DNA of 64,000 nucleotides, from contig OZ374564.1 of assembly GCA_977862235.1 (NCBI GenBank), positions 124,001 to 188,000 of the forward strand, read 5' to 3'. Position 1 is the stretch's first letter. Every line of letters starts with the position of its first letter. This document shows positions 20,381-33,839 of the stretch, piece by piece. The notes under the pieces were generated by a model. It worked only from the letters and a program-made list of their open reading frames with translations, was not told the origin of the DNA and did no database searches. The stretch is from Dudresnaya verticillata. Lineage: Eukaryota. The position numbers and the translations under genes are program-made.

Positions 20381-23300
20381 ATGCCGCGCCGCCTCCTGTT
20401 CGGGTGGGGAAGCGCGGCAGATGGACAGCTTGGCCCAAATGCGAGCGATATGTCTCCTACCCCACGCCCACTGCCTGTTCCTTCTCCCAACTCTTTCGCC
20501 GCTGGTCTGTGGACCTCACTCATCGTTGCGCATTCTGGCTCTGCTGTGTTCAGAACAACCGCTCCACCGCCCACTCCCCCGAAGCTGGCTCTTATTCCAG
20601 GGACAGCAATCCCACCAGATGAGCCTGTCCTCCCGCCGTTCACTGCGGTTGCAGCTGGCAGAGACTTTGCCCTTCTACTTGCTGCATCGGGTGCCGTATA
20701 TGTCATAGGTGCAGGCGCTTACGGCCAGCTTGGCCATGGGCCAGACGTCGCCGCGCTGACCTTCCCATCACAGATTAATACTCTTGCAACCGTTCGTATC
20801 ATTGCCATAGCCGCGTCTGAGTTCCACTGGCTCGCCCTGGATGCTTCAGGCAGAGTGTTTGCATGTGGCAAGAACTCTGCTGGCGAACTTGCCTTGGAGG
20901 ACAAGCCGCGCGTGGATCGTCCAAGTGTTGTGGAAGCTCTTTGGCCGCATCCGATTGTTGCTGTTGCCACGGGTGATGTCCACTCAATTGTGCTTAGTGC
21001 ATGTGGTGTCTTACTCGCTTTCGGAAGTAACAAATATGGTCAGTTGGGGCACTCTGTCTCTCCTATGCTCGTCTGTTCAATGAGCCCGGTTCCCGTCCCT
21101 CTACCGACGATCACCTCGGCGAAGAAGATGCGAATGGATGTCGACGTAGATATGACGGACCTTCGCAAGTCTGCTGACATGCGTGAGGACCCTGAAGAAG
21201 ATGATGTTTACAACCCATGGGATGAAATCTCTACATACATCGACGTGGCTTGTGGTTCTTGCCACAGTGTTGCCTTGCTTTCGGATACGACTTTAGCTAC
21301 ATGGGGCAAAGGCGAGAACGGTCAGCTTGGTGCACGCACTGCTCAGAGCTTGTATCAGCCGACGGCTGTATCGTCACCAGCGCGGTTTGTGTCTGTTTCG
21401 GCTGGCCATGAGCATTCTGCTGCCCTTTCAGAGGATGGCATCGCGTATGTATGGGGTGACGGAAGTTCAGGTCAGATTGGTGACGGCGACGTAAGCGCTA
21501 AGTATCTGCCGGTTGCGTTACCAAGTCCGCGGATTAACTCCCATCACCTACCTAAAGGCGATATCGTCATGACGGATTCAGGCCTGCCGTCTCCGAAAAG
21601 GTCGAGTGAGCAACCACTGAGATTTTTGCAGCTTGCCTGCGGGGGACACCACACTCTTGGTTTAGTCACGGATGATCCTACTCTATCTGTCTATTCAGCG
21701 CGGCAGGTCTATCGGAAGCGAATCCCGAAATGCGTCATTGACGATATGCTGCAGCCGAAGGCTGGCTTGTCGAGATTTGGGTCCGCGCCAGTGCTGCTGC
21801 GCACTTTTGTCAGATCCAACCTCAAACCGCTGGCGAGGGGGAAAGTACGGTTCCGAGCGATCGACGCAGCCTATTCCGGATTCGTTCGCCTATTTGGGGA
21901 CGAGGCCATCCGAGTATTGGGTTTCGCTGCAGCTCGAATTCGACATGAGGCACAGATTGCGTTTGGGTTAGTGCGTGTTACAGACGGGAACGGGCATGTC
22001 TTCGGTCCGGAGCCGTATGGTGAAGAGGATGGCGGCTTGACTCGATTGGTTACCCCGCGATCAAAGTTTGTGGATGATGACAACCTGTTTCGATCATCTG
22101 TGGCAAACTCGTATGAATGTGGGTACCTCTTTCTCCTTGCGATTTTGAACCCAATATACGTTGAACGAGAGCGGCGGTCGGAACTAGCAGAACTTTCGGC
22201 ATTGCTTTTGCGGTGTGAGGAGAACGCGCGTGAGGCCTTTCTTGAAATGATTTCGCACTGTCCAAAAGACCTCATTGTGTCAAGGTTGATCCGCCCCCTG
22301 CAGTCGTTATTAAGTGATGAGCTGAGGGGCTACAGCAGAGTCCGACGAAATGCCAAGGTTTCAGCGAAAGTGTTGGCCCTTTGTTACCACGGCGTTTGGC
22401 GCGCTTCTCGAAGGAAGAAGATCAGGGATTTGATTGTGCCGCGCAAGGAGTTCTACAATGAAACTGTAAGTGAGCTCATGGATCTACGGGAGGATTACGA
22501 TCGATGGAACCGGTCGCGGAAGAACAGTACGACCACTTTCAGTTTGTCAGACCTACCTCCGTTGCCCACCGCTGGACAAGACGAAGGCCTGTTTTCATTC
22601 TGTGCGTACAGTTTTTTGCTTTCAGAGTCAGCGAAGTTTCAGATCTTGGAAATGGAATCTCATCACACGATGAACCAGGAGAGTATGCGATCCGTGCTTT
22701 CTTTCGGGTCTCTGCCTGTCTCCGTGGGCTTTCTGGGTCAGCTCTCCCATATTCGACTACCGCCGGAACAGATTGCCCATCTCCAGTACTTGGTACTACA
22801 CGTGCGGAGAGACCACATCGTTTCAGATGCCTTTTACCAAGTAGCAGAACTTGCTCAAACGCAGCCTCGTGAGTTGCACAAGCCTTTGAAGGTTGCATTC
22901 AACGGAGAGGATGGCGTGGATGAAGGCGGGGTACGCAAAGAGTTTTATCAGGTACTCCTAGAGAAAGTACTCTCCGCGGACTACGGCATGTATGAGTATG
23001 ACGAAGAAACGCGGTACCACTGGTTCCGGAAAGACTCTCTTGAGCCGGAGCAGTCATGGACATTAATTGGAATAATGTTCGGGCTTGCCGTGTTTAACTC
23101 TATCCTGCTTGACGTTCAGTTTCCTCCGGTGGTGTATCGAAAATTGCAAGTTGCGCTTCGGAACAACTTTGCTGCAATTGAGGCAAACGCAAACGCGAAC
23201 GGAGGGAATCTTGATGTGGAAGAAGTGAGATCATCACCAGATAGAGAGGAATACGTAGCCGATTTGGAGGACGTGAAAGAAACTTTTCCCTCTATCGGAA

Positions 23301-23947
23301 ACAGCCTACATCAGATTCTGTTATACGAAGGAAGCGACTTTGAGGAGGTTTTCGGATTGACATTCGAAATATCATACCAGGGTTTGTTTGGAAAGGAAAA
23401 AACCGTTGAGCTTGTGCCGAATGGGGCTCAGAAGGCTGTGACGTCTAGAAACCGAAGGGAATTTGTTTCGTTGTACGCGGAATACCTCATCAATGGCTCC
23501 ATCGAACCAATGTTTACGAATTTCGCGATGGGGTTCTCTTTGATGCTCAACGGCCCGTTTGTACATATGTTCAGTGCAGATGAACTGGAAACACTTCTGG
23601 TTGGCGAGAAGGAACTCAACTTCGAAGCTCTGAAAAGTTCTGCGCGATACGAAGGGTACTCTGAAGACAGTCCGGTGGTTAACAACTTGTGGCAGATTTT
23701 AATGGAGTACGACGAGGAAATGAAGAGACTTTTCTTGTCCTTTGTGACAGGGACAGACCGAGCTCCGATAGGAGGCCTACAAAAGCTCGTGTTGTTGATT
23801 CAGCGAGCCGAAGGCGATAGCAATCGCTTGCCCACGAGCCACACATGCTTCAACGTTTTGTTGCTCCCAGAGTATGCATCAAGAGCAAAGTTGCGTGATC
23901 GGCTATCCACTGCAATTCGAAACTCGAAAGGATTCGGTCTGCAGTAG
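20381..23947 (+). CDS. HERC-type E3 ubiquitin ligase (RCC1 repeats plus HECT domain)
   Basis: Repeated WG.G..GQLG RCC1 motifs; HECT LKVAFNGEDGVDEGGVRKEF, FVTGTDRAP, catalytic LPTSHTCFN, C-terminal GFGLQ. Confidence 0.95.
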   Translation: MPRRLLFGWGSAADGQLGPNASDMSPTPRPLPVPSPNSFAAGLWTSLIVAHSGSAVFRTTAPPPTPPKLALIPGTAIPPDEPVLPPFTAVAAGRDFALLLAASGAVYVIGAGAYGQLGHGPDVAALTFPSQINTLATVRIIAIAASEFHWLALDASGRVFACGKNSAGELALEDKPRVDRPSVVEALWPHPIVAVATGDVHSIVLSACGVLLAFGSNKYGQLGHSVSPMLVCSMSPVPVPLPTITSAKKMRMDVDVDMTDLRKSADMREDPEEDDVYNPWDEISTYIDVACGSCHSVALLSDTTLATWGKGENGQLGARTAQSLYQPTAVSSPARFVSVSAGHEHSAALSEDGIAYVWGDGSSGQIGDGDVSAKYLPVALPSPRINSHHLPKGDIVMTDSGLPSPKRSSEQPLRFLQLACGGHHTLGLVTDDPTLSVYSARQVYRKRIPKCVIDDMLQPKAGLSRFGSAPVLLRTFVRSNLKPLARGKVRFRAIDAAYSGFVRLFGDEAIRVLGFAAARIRHEAQIAFGLVRVTDGNGHVFGPEPYGEEDGGLTRLVTPRSKFVDDDNLFRSSVANSYECGYLFLLAILNPIYVERERRSELAELSALLLRCEENAREAFLEMISHCPKDLIVSRLIRPLQSLLSDELRGYSRVRRNAKVSAKVLALCYHGVWRASRRKKIRDLIVPRKEFYNETVSELMDLREDYDRWNRSRKNSTTTFSLSDLPPLPTAGQDEGLFSFCAYSFLLSESAKFQILEMESHHTMNQESMRSVLSFGSLPVSVGFLGQLSHIRLPPEQIAHLQYLVLHVRRDHIVSDAFYQVAELAQTQPRELHKPLKVAFNGEDGVDEGGVRKEFYQVLLEKVLSADYGMYEYDEETRYHWFRKDSLEPEQSWTLIGIMFGLAVFNSILLDVQFPPVVYRKLQVALRNNFAAIEANANANGGNLDVEEVRSSPDREEYVADLEDVKETFPSIGNSLHQILLYEGSDFEEVFGLTFEISYQGLFGKEKTVELVPNGAQKAVTSRNRREFVSLYAEYLINGSIEPMFTNFAMGFSLMLNGPFVHMFSADELETLLVGEKELNFEALKSSARYEGYSEDSPVVNNLWQILMEYDEEMKRLFLSFVTGTDRAPIGGLQKLVLLIQRAEGDSNRLPTSHTCFNVLLLPEYASRAKLRDRLSTAIRNSKGFGLQ

Positions 23948-24388
23948 AAATAAGCTCGACGATGTGCGCGCGAATACTTACTATCAGTGCGAGCGAACTA
24001 ACTCTGGCATGGAACACGGACACGTTTGTCTTTTGCCTCCCAGCCAAACTCTCGGCGTTCCATCCTAAACTCTAGACTTAGCTTTAGACTCTGGCTGGAG
24101 GTGATATCGATTTTCTAAATTCCTAACTCGCTCTTCACTCTTCGGGAACGGCTCCTGAAACATTGTGACAAAGACACACTTGCCGATATGGTCTCTCGGC
24201 CTCCACCGGGGCGTTGTTTGAAACAACTCAATCATCTTGTACAATGTTGGCAACGTGAGGTTTGGAATTTAAACAGCAGCATTCACGCTGAGTGTCTGGA
24301 ACTGGCGCCCGAAAACAATTAACAAGCTTACTGCATCTAGTTTACAAAACTAGCCAAAACCCTATCTTCCATACCGCACACCTCAGAT

Positions 24389-24425
24389 GTTTTTTTTTTT
24401 GGGGGGGGGGGGGGGGGGTTGGGGG
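24389..24425. repeat. Poly-T followed by poly-G tract
   Basis: T12 then G18-TT-G5. Confidence 0.9.
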
Positions 24426-24583
24426 TTATCACACTATGCTGATGTGCTTCAGATGGAATGTGTTTAAGCCCGCGCTGCGTTTGCAACGAAATACGGTTTA
24501 TATCGCTTACAAGCCCTTCTTGAACACTGCTGGGTTCAGCTGCGGAGAAGAGAAATTATGCATGTGTATGCTACAGTTTCGAT

Positions 24584-24615
24584 TTTTCGACGGTTGCAAT
24601 TTTCGACGGTTGCAA
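24584..24615. repeat. 16-bp tandem duplication
   Basis: TTTTCGACGGTTGCAA x2. Confidence 0.85.
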
Positions 24616-27029
24616 GACCCTTCACTCGCAATCACCGCGGCCTTGGCTGCTATGTACGAGATCAGGAGGCTTGTTAATAAGAACTCGGGACTTCTGTAGA
24701 TAAAACATCAGCATGTGATAGTACAAGAACAACTTAACATGGCTAATGTTCGCTTTACAAAGTTGCGATAGTGTCGGGAACAGCTTTGAACAATACAGAG
24801 CAGGATATTCTTTTAATGCCCCCAAAATCTCAGTACGTAATATTACAAATAGAACCATTGCAGGGGAGGAGCAAAGTCTTCGACCACTTCATGGAAGAAG
24901 TAAAGCTTGGACGACTGTCGACAGATACGTTTTCTGTTAGATTGAGCTTCCACCCTAGCGCTACACGGTGCTCTGGTATTGCGACGCGGAGCTTGTCTCC
25001 GATAACCGTCTGAAATGCCCACAGAAATAGAGAGCGATCTTCCAAAAGACCTTAACGCTGTTATTGGCCCTAGATTATTGGTACAGAACAGTGCAATGGG
25101 CGCTCGTCGGTTCGTCTTATAACGTTATTTAGGTGCCCGTGGGCATAACTGAATGAAAAGGTTAGGTTTCGAGAAGCCCTCTAGTTGCTAGTTCTGGAAG
25201 GCCTCAACAAACAACTGTCAAACGGGAAGAGAGGAGCTCACACTAATTTTCGTTTCCCCATTCTAACCAATGTGGCGGGGCCCAGAATACATGTGATAAC
25301 GGTACCGTAGGAGGAAAAACGAAGACGAACGCCCAACGATCATGGCTTGCTGGCAATGAAAGGTTCGATATTGGCAAAGCTCACCGCCAGGTGAACCTGG
25401 CCGATATTTCTCCATGTTTAGGGACGAGGTGATGAATGGGTTTGTTGCAGGGTTGGCGCGCTCTCTGGTCAACACGCTCCAGCTAGCCCCAGCGGGGCTG
25501 TCTACGACGCCTCTGTAGCCTCCACTTCACAGACCGATGCAGCGCTAACGCTCTTTCTCTCTTGCCTTCCAGTATGATGCGATTATTCCAGCATGGAGAC
25601 AAAAGGAGTGTTCAAGGAGAGCCGCATAAGGTGGAAAAACAGGAAGGTAACCTGACTATGCCTCCGCCTATCTCCTGACTCTTTGGAATAAATGAGATAA
25701 TTAGCGACAAAATGTACTGGGCGACTCCGGAGCGACACGTTGAAGCTGCAGAAGCCGCCAGATTGCATCACGTATCATAGGGGGCATGCATCATTGTTCA
25801 CACACACGGCACTGGCTCTCCAGGGTCCCATTTCACCTGTAAGAAGGGAGTGACAAAAACGAGTCCCAAACTGAAAGATGTCGTTATTGGAGACGTGCGC
25901 CCAACACTTGGAAGCCAGCCATGACAAAAGTGGTCTGAAGCTGGTTGCAGGAAGCAAGTCTCGTCCATGCTAATAAAGATATGGGTTCTTAATGTGACGA
26001 TAGTATGTAGCAAAACTGGAATGCCTGCCACGCTATGCTCCGGAACTCGATGAGAAGCGTCAGACTGGGAGTTTGGCAAATCGAAAGGACTTGAGCAAAA
26101 ATGGACCCGTCTTCAGTTACACAAGATTATTAGATAGACTAGGCAGAATCAATGCGCCAATCGTCCGTAGACAGAGATTGCATGCAGCGGTGGCAAGGCT
26201 TCGGATAGAGACAGCGTCCTTGGAAGGGTGACATCAGAAAGTTCCTCTGGCACGCAAGGGCCGAGAATGGGTGAGGTGAGTGTTGGGGAGTTGAGCGTGT
26301 GTATGTGTGGGTATGATACTCACACTGTGGCAGTGTGGATTGATAGGAAGGACTGGTTGCTGCAGGCAAGGGTTTGGCTGAGGGCAGCGGAAGAGATTAG
26401 GCACGCGGCAAAGGAAACGGAGTGTAGTTGTGCTCAGGACTGACTGTTGGGTGGAGGACTAGGACAGCAAGCTTGCACGCCACTAGCGGATGCATGAGAG
26501 CTGCAGGACGAAAGAGAGTAGAAATGCGTTCAAACGAAGTCCGCAATATGTACTATTGTGTAGCAGGCAATGTGCTGTCTGGCCGCGGACGAGATGTTTA
26601 CGGGCAAGAAAGGCGCGAACCTGCTCGCGAGTACTTGCACTTGTTGTAAAGGAAAGTGCCAAGACTCCGGGCGATAAGCAGTAAAAGCTGGAAAAAGATG
26701 GACATAGCGGGCAACGCTGTTGGACACATTTGGAGTGCGTACAACAGGGCATCAAAAACTTTTGATGCCGCTCTAGGGGCTAGCGACGAGCAGTGGGTGC
26801 GGGGATGTGCTAGCGCGGTGGTGGTTGCCGGATATAAGCGTCATTGGCAACGTGCGCAACGAAAGCGGCACTGCACACCTCGGGCCTGCACGACTCAGCC
26901 AGACGGTGCAAGCTGGGGACTTGGCCAGGGAGGCAAGTAGACCCGCGTGTGAGGGTGGTCGCGGTTGGTCATGGGCGAGGGGTGGGGACCGGACCGACGA
27001 CCGGTGCGGAGCGCAGCGACGCAAGGCGA

Positions 27030-27047
27030 GGGGGGGGGGGGGGGGGG
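27030..27047. repeat. Poly-G tract
   Basis: G18. Confidence 0.9.
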
Positions 27048-28784
27048 CGGGATCTGTGGCGAGCGGATAACACGGAGAGGGGCAGCAAGTCGAGCGGCTG
27101 GCGGGGCGGTGGTGAGCGAAGGGCGATGTTCAGTTCAGTCCGCCGGCGCGCTGGCGGCAGGTGTTGTGCAAGAGGAACAGCAAAGGCGGAGGAGATTTCG
27201 GAGGGCGTTTCGATTGACCACACGAGCGAGTTCCACGCCGCGCGAACGGTCGCTTTTCGGGCGCTAGCCGCTTGCGCATGCAAAATTTGCATGCATTGCG
27301 AGATGCGCGGCGCGCGGCGCGTTGTGCCAGCCTGTGATTGTCCAGACCGCACCACGCCGTAGATTCACCTTTTTTTTAAGGCCCGCGCAACAGTCGCCAA
27401 TACAGTCGCAATGCCACCAACGCGGACACCCACCTCTTTTCTCACCCGTCGCTACAGTCGCTGCATTGCCGCCGCTACCGATACTCGCTGACGCTGTGGT
27501 TCACTCGCCCAACTACTTACCCCACAGGCAGCACCATCGCTGTCGGACAGTCAGCGGCCACTCAGATACAGCAGAAGCGCCGCCGCTGCCGCGGCCCTTC
27601 TGCGTGCTCCGCCGTGAACCGTCGGCGTAAAAAGTACAGTGCACACCACGCAACGCCCAAGCCCTGAGTGTGCAGCTGTGCAGAACACGGGGCCGCACCA
27701 ATTTCAAAAAGGGGCCACAAAATTTCGGCTGCGGATCACATGGCTTCCACCGTCACGCCCACAGGTCACGCGGCCCAAACCACGGCCGTTCCAATGGCTT
27801 CATCTATCACCGGCGCTTTTGGCGGGAACTGTCCCTGGCCGGCCGCGGTGCTTGCCCGGCTCCTCCCGTCACCAATCACCGCACCGTATTTGGCGCACGT
27901 CTGCCATCAACCCTGACGAGTTGTCTATTGAGCGGCATTCCGCCTCCTCCTTGTGCCTCACCAATCAAATTCACCAACCCATAATTGTTTATCGCTTTTT
28001 CCCTTTTTCAAACAACTTGGGACTCAACTTGACAAACTTGGTGACCTCCTCGTTCTCGCGCAGCGCTGCAACAAACTACTGCCTCTTCGCCTCGAGTCTG
28101 TCGACGGAGAAGGAACCCGTATTGCGTTTCTATCCAGCACTCGCAGTTTGCTTCTGGGCTCTGCAAAACGTAAACCGCGCTGCACCTTGTCTAGCGGGCA
28201 GAATCAGTGGACATCAGTATGAGTTCCCGCCCTGCAACTGCACAGCTGTTACAAAAACTTTTTATTAAGGATTACTTATTCCAAACACGACTCCTTCGTC
28301 TGCGGAGCAATGCAACCTAATCTTTGCCTTTGACTGGCAAAAAATATTATTTATCCTACACTTCAAAAGCTATATCATCCGCAAGGACACAAGGACAACT
28401 ATTATTGTTTGTGGTCTCTTTATCACGTAACCTACTGCGACCATGAAGAAAGGCTACCCTAATGGTACACTCATGCCTCTACAAAGCCCCATCCAACTCC
28501 ATCCATTCCGCGCAAAGTTTAGACCTAAAAAGCGATGCCGAAGATGCACCGCCCTGCTGGAACATCACCTGCAGTAGTCACCATCTTTCCTCTCTGCGTA
28601 TCTCATACCCTGACCGCCCAGCATGACCAGCACTTGAGTGTACTGTATGAAGCAAACCGTCTGAATATCATAGGGTTTGATAGAGCGAACGACCTGATTT
28701 TATACCCTTGTTCCAGACTTCATTTTTATTGACTCTTTTTTATTATTATCACACTCCTGCAGCTTCACTGCTTCCTCCAACTTT

Positions 28785-28853
28785 CTCTCAGAAAAAAAGC
28801 ACTTACACTTCTTGATTCCTCTCATAAGAAAAAGCACTTACACTTCTTGATTC
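28785..28853. repeat. ~34-bp tandem duplication
   Basis: CTCTCA..AAAAAGCACTTACACTTCTTGATTC x2. Confidence 0.85.
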
Positions 28854-31818
28854 TCAGTGCTGAAAGTAGAGTCAGCCATGGCCAATTAGGCTTCGTAACG
28901 TCATTTTTTGCCGAAAAACACGGAGCATCTTGCTTATTCAGGCCAGGCCCCACCCGTTACGAAACAGTATTAACATACTGTGTTGTGTGTGTGCCGTGTA
29001 TGAGGCCGAAATTCTCTCTTTCCGGTAGGCAAGAGATAACTTCTGAACTTCTCCTTTCATGGACCATTGCCTCCAGAAAAGAACTATACTCTTCACGTTG
29101 CAATACTAAATATTGCAATGCTATAGCATTACTATGGTTTAAAATCATTTCAATGAAAGAGCATTCTCGGAGAAACACCGCATTCTAGTTTAAACGTTCG
29201 CGGACCTGTGTGTGCCCACAATGGTACTGTTTATTTTGAACCCAATAATTGATTCCACAGTCCCTCGCAAATAGTATTGTCGCTCTCAGTAAAGCGACAG
29301 GGAAGAATGTCATTTCCTCAATTGATTGCTCGGTACAGTTATTGTTCAATTTTAAGACCATTTAATGTCTTTAGCTGGGGAACATTAAATGCCAGCATGT
29401 CCCGCTATTCCCATTTCTATTGCCGTTGTCTTGTCAGCAGAACACATTGTGTTTGTTTCTCGATGCGTGATGAACGAGCGTCTCGGCTCTGCAATGAGCA
29501 GCTTTGAAGTGGCAAACTTTGATTTTGAGCGAAGGAACATGTTACACGATATTGAAAGTTAACAGAAGTCTTTAGAACTTCAGCAAAGCTCCGATGCGGT
29601 TGTGATTGTACAGTAGTGTCGCCTTATTTCAGGCTTCGAACTGCATTTCCTAACTCTAAAATGTGGTACGCAATACGGCTGTTACCGATATAGGAGCAAA
29701 ACCTGCCGAGACATAAAATATAAATTGTATCGTAACATGCATTCATTGGTACTGTGCAATGCAGTTGCATAAAGTAGTGTGATTGTGACCTCATGTTCCG
29801 CTGCAACGAAGAGAATAAAAGTCAAGTCAGTACAGTAATGCTAGAAGCAGAATACTGAAAGGAAGTGCTCAAATCCTGCTCACTGCGTTCCTAGCTTATC
29901 AGTGTTTCGTTCGTGAAGGCCAAAATCTTCTGTAGCTTGTGGTTATGCTACACTGCCTACCTTACACGACCTGAGGACCTGCAGCACAACTACGTGATAG
30001 GCTTAATGCCTCGGTTAAAACGATATCCGTGTACAATCCGCAATCCGCAAGGCCTCTCGACACTCGCGATATTCATACTACAGAAAGGCCGGCAAAAAGT
30101 AAAAGTATTATTATATTGTCATGAAGCTGCAGGCCACACAAACATCATCCCAACGAGACTATGTGTTGAGTCGGGTTTCTAAAAGCCCTTTTGCACGCCA
30201 GTAATGTTTATGAGGCTACCGCTCACGACATTCATGACTGTACTATAGTTCAATCATAAACACTCTTGAGCGAGATCTCAAGCCTCATGAAGAGCTTCTG
30301 GTGTATGTGCGCACAATAACAATTAGCGGATTGCACCAAACTCGCCAGAATATCTGAGACCTTTGGCCGTCATAACAAGCTCACGTTTCTTGAAAGACAC
30401 CTCGCTTTTCATCAATAATTATCGTACAGTACTTGTCTGTAGTTTTCTCAACACGAAGTCGAACGGGGGTCGAGACCAATTCTTATCGGGCTTTTGCAGG
30501 AGGTTGCGTACAGGAAGTAGCCAGCTCCCTCTCTCCTTCTCTCTCACACGAACGCAAGCACGCACACGGACTAATAACACACTCCGCTCGAATTCTTTTC
30601 GACAGGACTCGACAAACAAAAGTATGCTGAACAATTAAATTACTTGTACCCGTCCATCTTACTGTTACTTCATTATTATTATTTTTCATATATGGCGTGT
30701 TAGTGTTCATCATGTGTGTGCAGTGTTCAAACAAGACCAACCGCACAGTGAGTTCGTGAGGTGCATCCTACACAGCTACCGTAATTTGCTGGTAAGCTTG
30801 GCGTTATACCTGTGCCGCGAGTTGGAAAGCAGCTGCGTCGTGTGATAGGATTGAGTACATTTATGTGCAGTATTGAATGTCGTTTGACAATTCGAAGTAA
30901 GGGGATGTAACGACGTGGACAGGATTGCTGTTGTATTGCCGTGGAAAATCTTGTTGACATATTTGTGTTGTGGCGGGGAGTGCATAGGCATTTTGGTATT
31001 TCTATGAGGGCGGGGGACCAAGTGATAAAGCACGTGCACCACATTGGTACTTGCAGGAGCAATCGCGATTGCACAAGTTGCGGGACGTTTTGAGGCTTAC
31101 TTCGCGGTCAGGTTTCCTTCAGGATTCTCAACAGATTGACACAATCGCGCAACGTGATCAGACCCTTTGTTCTTTTTCTTTGAATGTACTGTTGTGTTGT
31201 GCCATAACTGCACTGAAGAATGAGTAGTGCCGTGCCTCATCAGCGATTGGAGATGTTTTAAAATGGACGAAGCCCTGCGAAGTGGTTCTTGAAGCAATAA
31301 TGTCCTTGTGTGTGTGGAAACTAGGGCTATGAGGCTGGCGGGCAGAGATTGACTGTTCGCGAGAGGGCGTGAACAGAGAAAAAAGCTACAGGTTGACGTG
31401 CGATTTCTTGTCGCGAGCATGACCTGACGGCCTGCAAGCGAAAGATGGAAAAAAAAGGGTGATGGTCAAAAACAGTAGTGGTGCAAGTTGTTGAATGTCG
31501 ACTGTCGACAGGAGGGAAGGTTGCGGGAGTTCGGCAAGCCATAGGGCGAAAATGCAGTCAATCAATAACCGGATCAATGAGAGGGCTCGCACCAGTGACA
31601 AGGCCTCCGTCGGAAAGCCAAACAGCCGTGTTTGAAGGGTTCGAGTAGGAGGTGGTGGGACAATGGAGAGGGCCCCGTTGACACGGATACTTCGTAGTTG
31701 TTCGATTCGCGCGTGCAGGTGGCCGGACCAGCCGGCGTGATGGGATGGCCGGTCCGGTGGCCTGCGCGACGTGGAGGATAGCGGCTGCGATAGCGAGAAG
31801 TGACGGCACACACGCACG

Positions 31819-31819
<1 letters not shown>

Positions 31820-31862
<43 letters not shown>
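31820..31862. repeat. (CA)n microsatellite
   Basis: About 21 CA units. Confidence 0.95.
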
Positions 31863-31864
<2 letters not shown>

Positions 31865-32782
31865 CTCACACGAGTGTGAAGCTGTCGACAGCGGCAGGCC
31901 AAAATGCGGCCTGATCCAGCAGGGCAGCAGGTTTCTCTGGCCGATATGGCCCTTGCGGTCCCTGCTTATGGCTGCAAGATGTGGTGAAAAATAAGCAAAG
32001 AAGACGGTCCAACCGTGGTGCCAAACTTTGACATTGTTTTCTATTATTGATGATTTCTATTATTGATGATCGGACACGGACAAGGCTCTCTGATGCTGTC
32101 GTGTTGTGAGTGAAAGAATGAGTGATTGGTTGGGTTGCTCGGAATATTTCAGTGTGTGTGCAGCGAAATATATCTGTTGCGATGTAAGGTTATTGTACGA
32201 GGTTTTTGCGGGAAAATAGGGATGTGTACCCGATAGAGAACACCCAGACACACTGGTAGTTGCGGTTGCGAGTGTTGTTTTGTCGCGATGATGCACTGTG
32301 ATGAACATGATGCTTTGAGGCCCCCTCACTTTGGGCCTCCAAGGCTCATGATGGGTGCAAAACGTGTACGAAACTGTACAGATAACGTTGGGTGTGCAAG
32401 AATGCAGCACTGCAAGCCTGTCTTGCAGCGTCTGCAGCGCAAATTTTACGGTACTGTACTTTTCTGTCGTGCTCTGTTTACGTGCGTTTGGATTGGGGCA
32501 TGAAAGGAGTAGTAACAAAAACTGAAACAAAAAAGGGCGACAGGATTCTCGCCACAGGGAGGCCCCACAAGGGGGCAGCGGTCGCGGATGTATTTCGTGT
32601 TTTGATACGGTTGCTGGCGCTGTGGGCTAGAAGGCATACACACACTGATTACACGGGGGTGCCTGGGGTTCGTGCGTGATGTTGTGTTAGAGACGAGGAT
32701 GGCACACGAGTGTTTGGCCACGAAGCTGTTGTGGCGCACAAGAAGGGGTTGTTGTGGCGTCGAACATCGAAGACATGAAATG

Positions 32783-32784
<2 letters not shown>

Positions 32785-32814
<30 letters not shown>
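32785..32814. repeat. (GT)15 microsatellite
   Basis: Read directly from the sequence. Confidence 0.95.
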
Positions 32815-32816
<2 letters not shown>

Positions 32817-33839
32817 TTGAGTGTGAGGGTGTGAATGTGGGCAGGGAAGGAAAAATTGCGTCTACAGTCGGAGAGGCTTGTGGTCATGCCGGGCCCTTCG
32901 CTTTGGTAGCTGAGCACGCCATCGGCAACCTTGCCCTGGGGCAGCGAAACGGGGAGATTTTTCAGAGATACAAGATAAAGAGGCGCGCGCGAGAGAAATA
33001 GAATTATAAATTCTGTGTAGAGCGGTAGGAGCCTTGCGCAGAAGGGTCGATGTGCAGTCGATGATAGTGTTTTGGCTGATTTAGGATAGGATAAAAAAAT
33101 AAACCGAGTTTAATAACTGCAATAGCAAATGCCTTAAATTGTATTTGAAGGTGGACAGGGGGGAATGCTCTTAAGGTGGCCGAGGCTGTGGCTGCCGAAG
33201 CGAAACGGAGTGCGGCGGCAGCTACAAACAACAGCTGTGTTTGTGCGCACGTGAAATGTTTATTTTTGTGCGGGGCAGCGTGTGTTGCTCGACAGTCGCA
33301 GCAGGGAGTGGCTGGTGTGTTGTGCAGCTTGGAGTGCTGAGGTTTTGCAGCAGTGAAGCACAAGCAGGCTGGCACGGAGGACTGAATCCTCCTTTCGAAA
33401 CGGAAAGAAGAAAGAAAAAAGGGCATGTCGCCGGCCATTTTATCGCTGATGGCGCGAGCGAGCTGCGTGGACAGCGCGCAGGGCCGTGAAATGATTTCCG
33501 GAGACTGCAAAAAGGGAAGCACGTGGGAGCAGTTGCAGTTGGCCGCGGCGCTGGGCTGCGGCCACGCTCTGCCAGCGACGTGCCTTACAGCCTGCAGCGA
33601 GCGACGAAAAGCGGAAACGGCCATGACGCAACCGGAACAAAGCCGGACCAGCAGCGCAGCTTACAGCGCGGATGCGAGCGGGCAGCGCGCAAGACTGTTG
33701 CAGAATTGGTTCAGAATCGGGCAGGTGTGTGTGTATGTAGACGTGTGGGGGCTTGTGTGCGCGCCGCGCGGTGGGTGCCAGCGGCGGGCCTTGTCGATTT
33801 TGGTCGATTTTGGTTTGGCTGCAGGCGCCGGGCTGCGGC

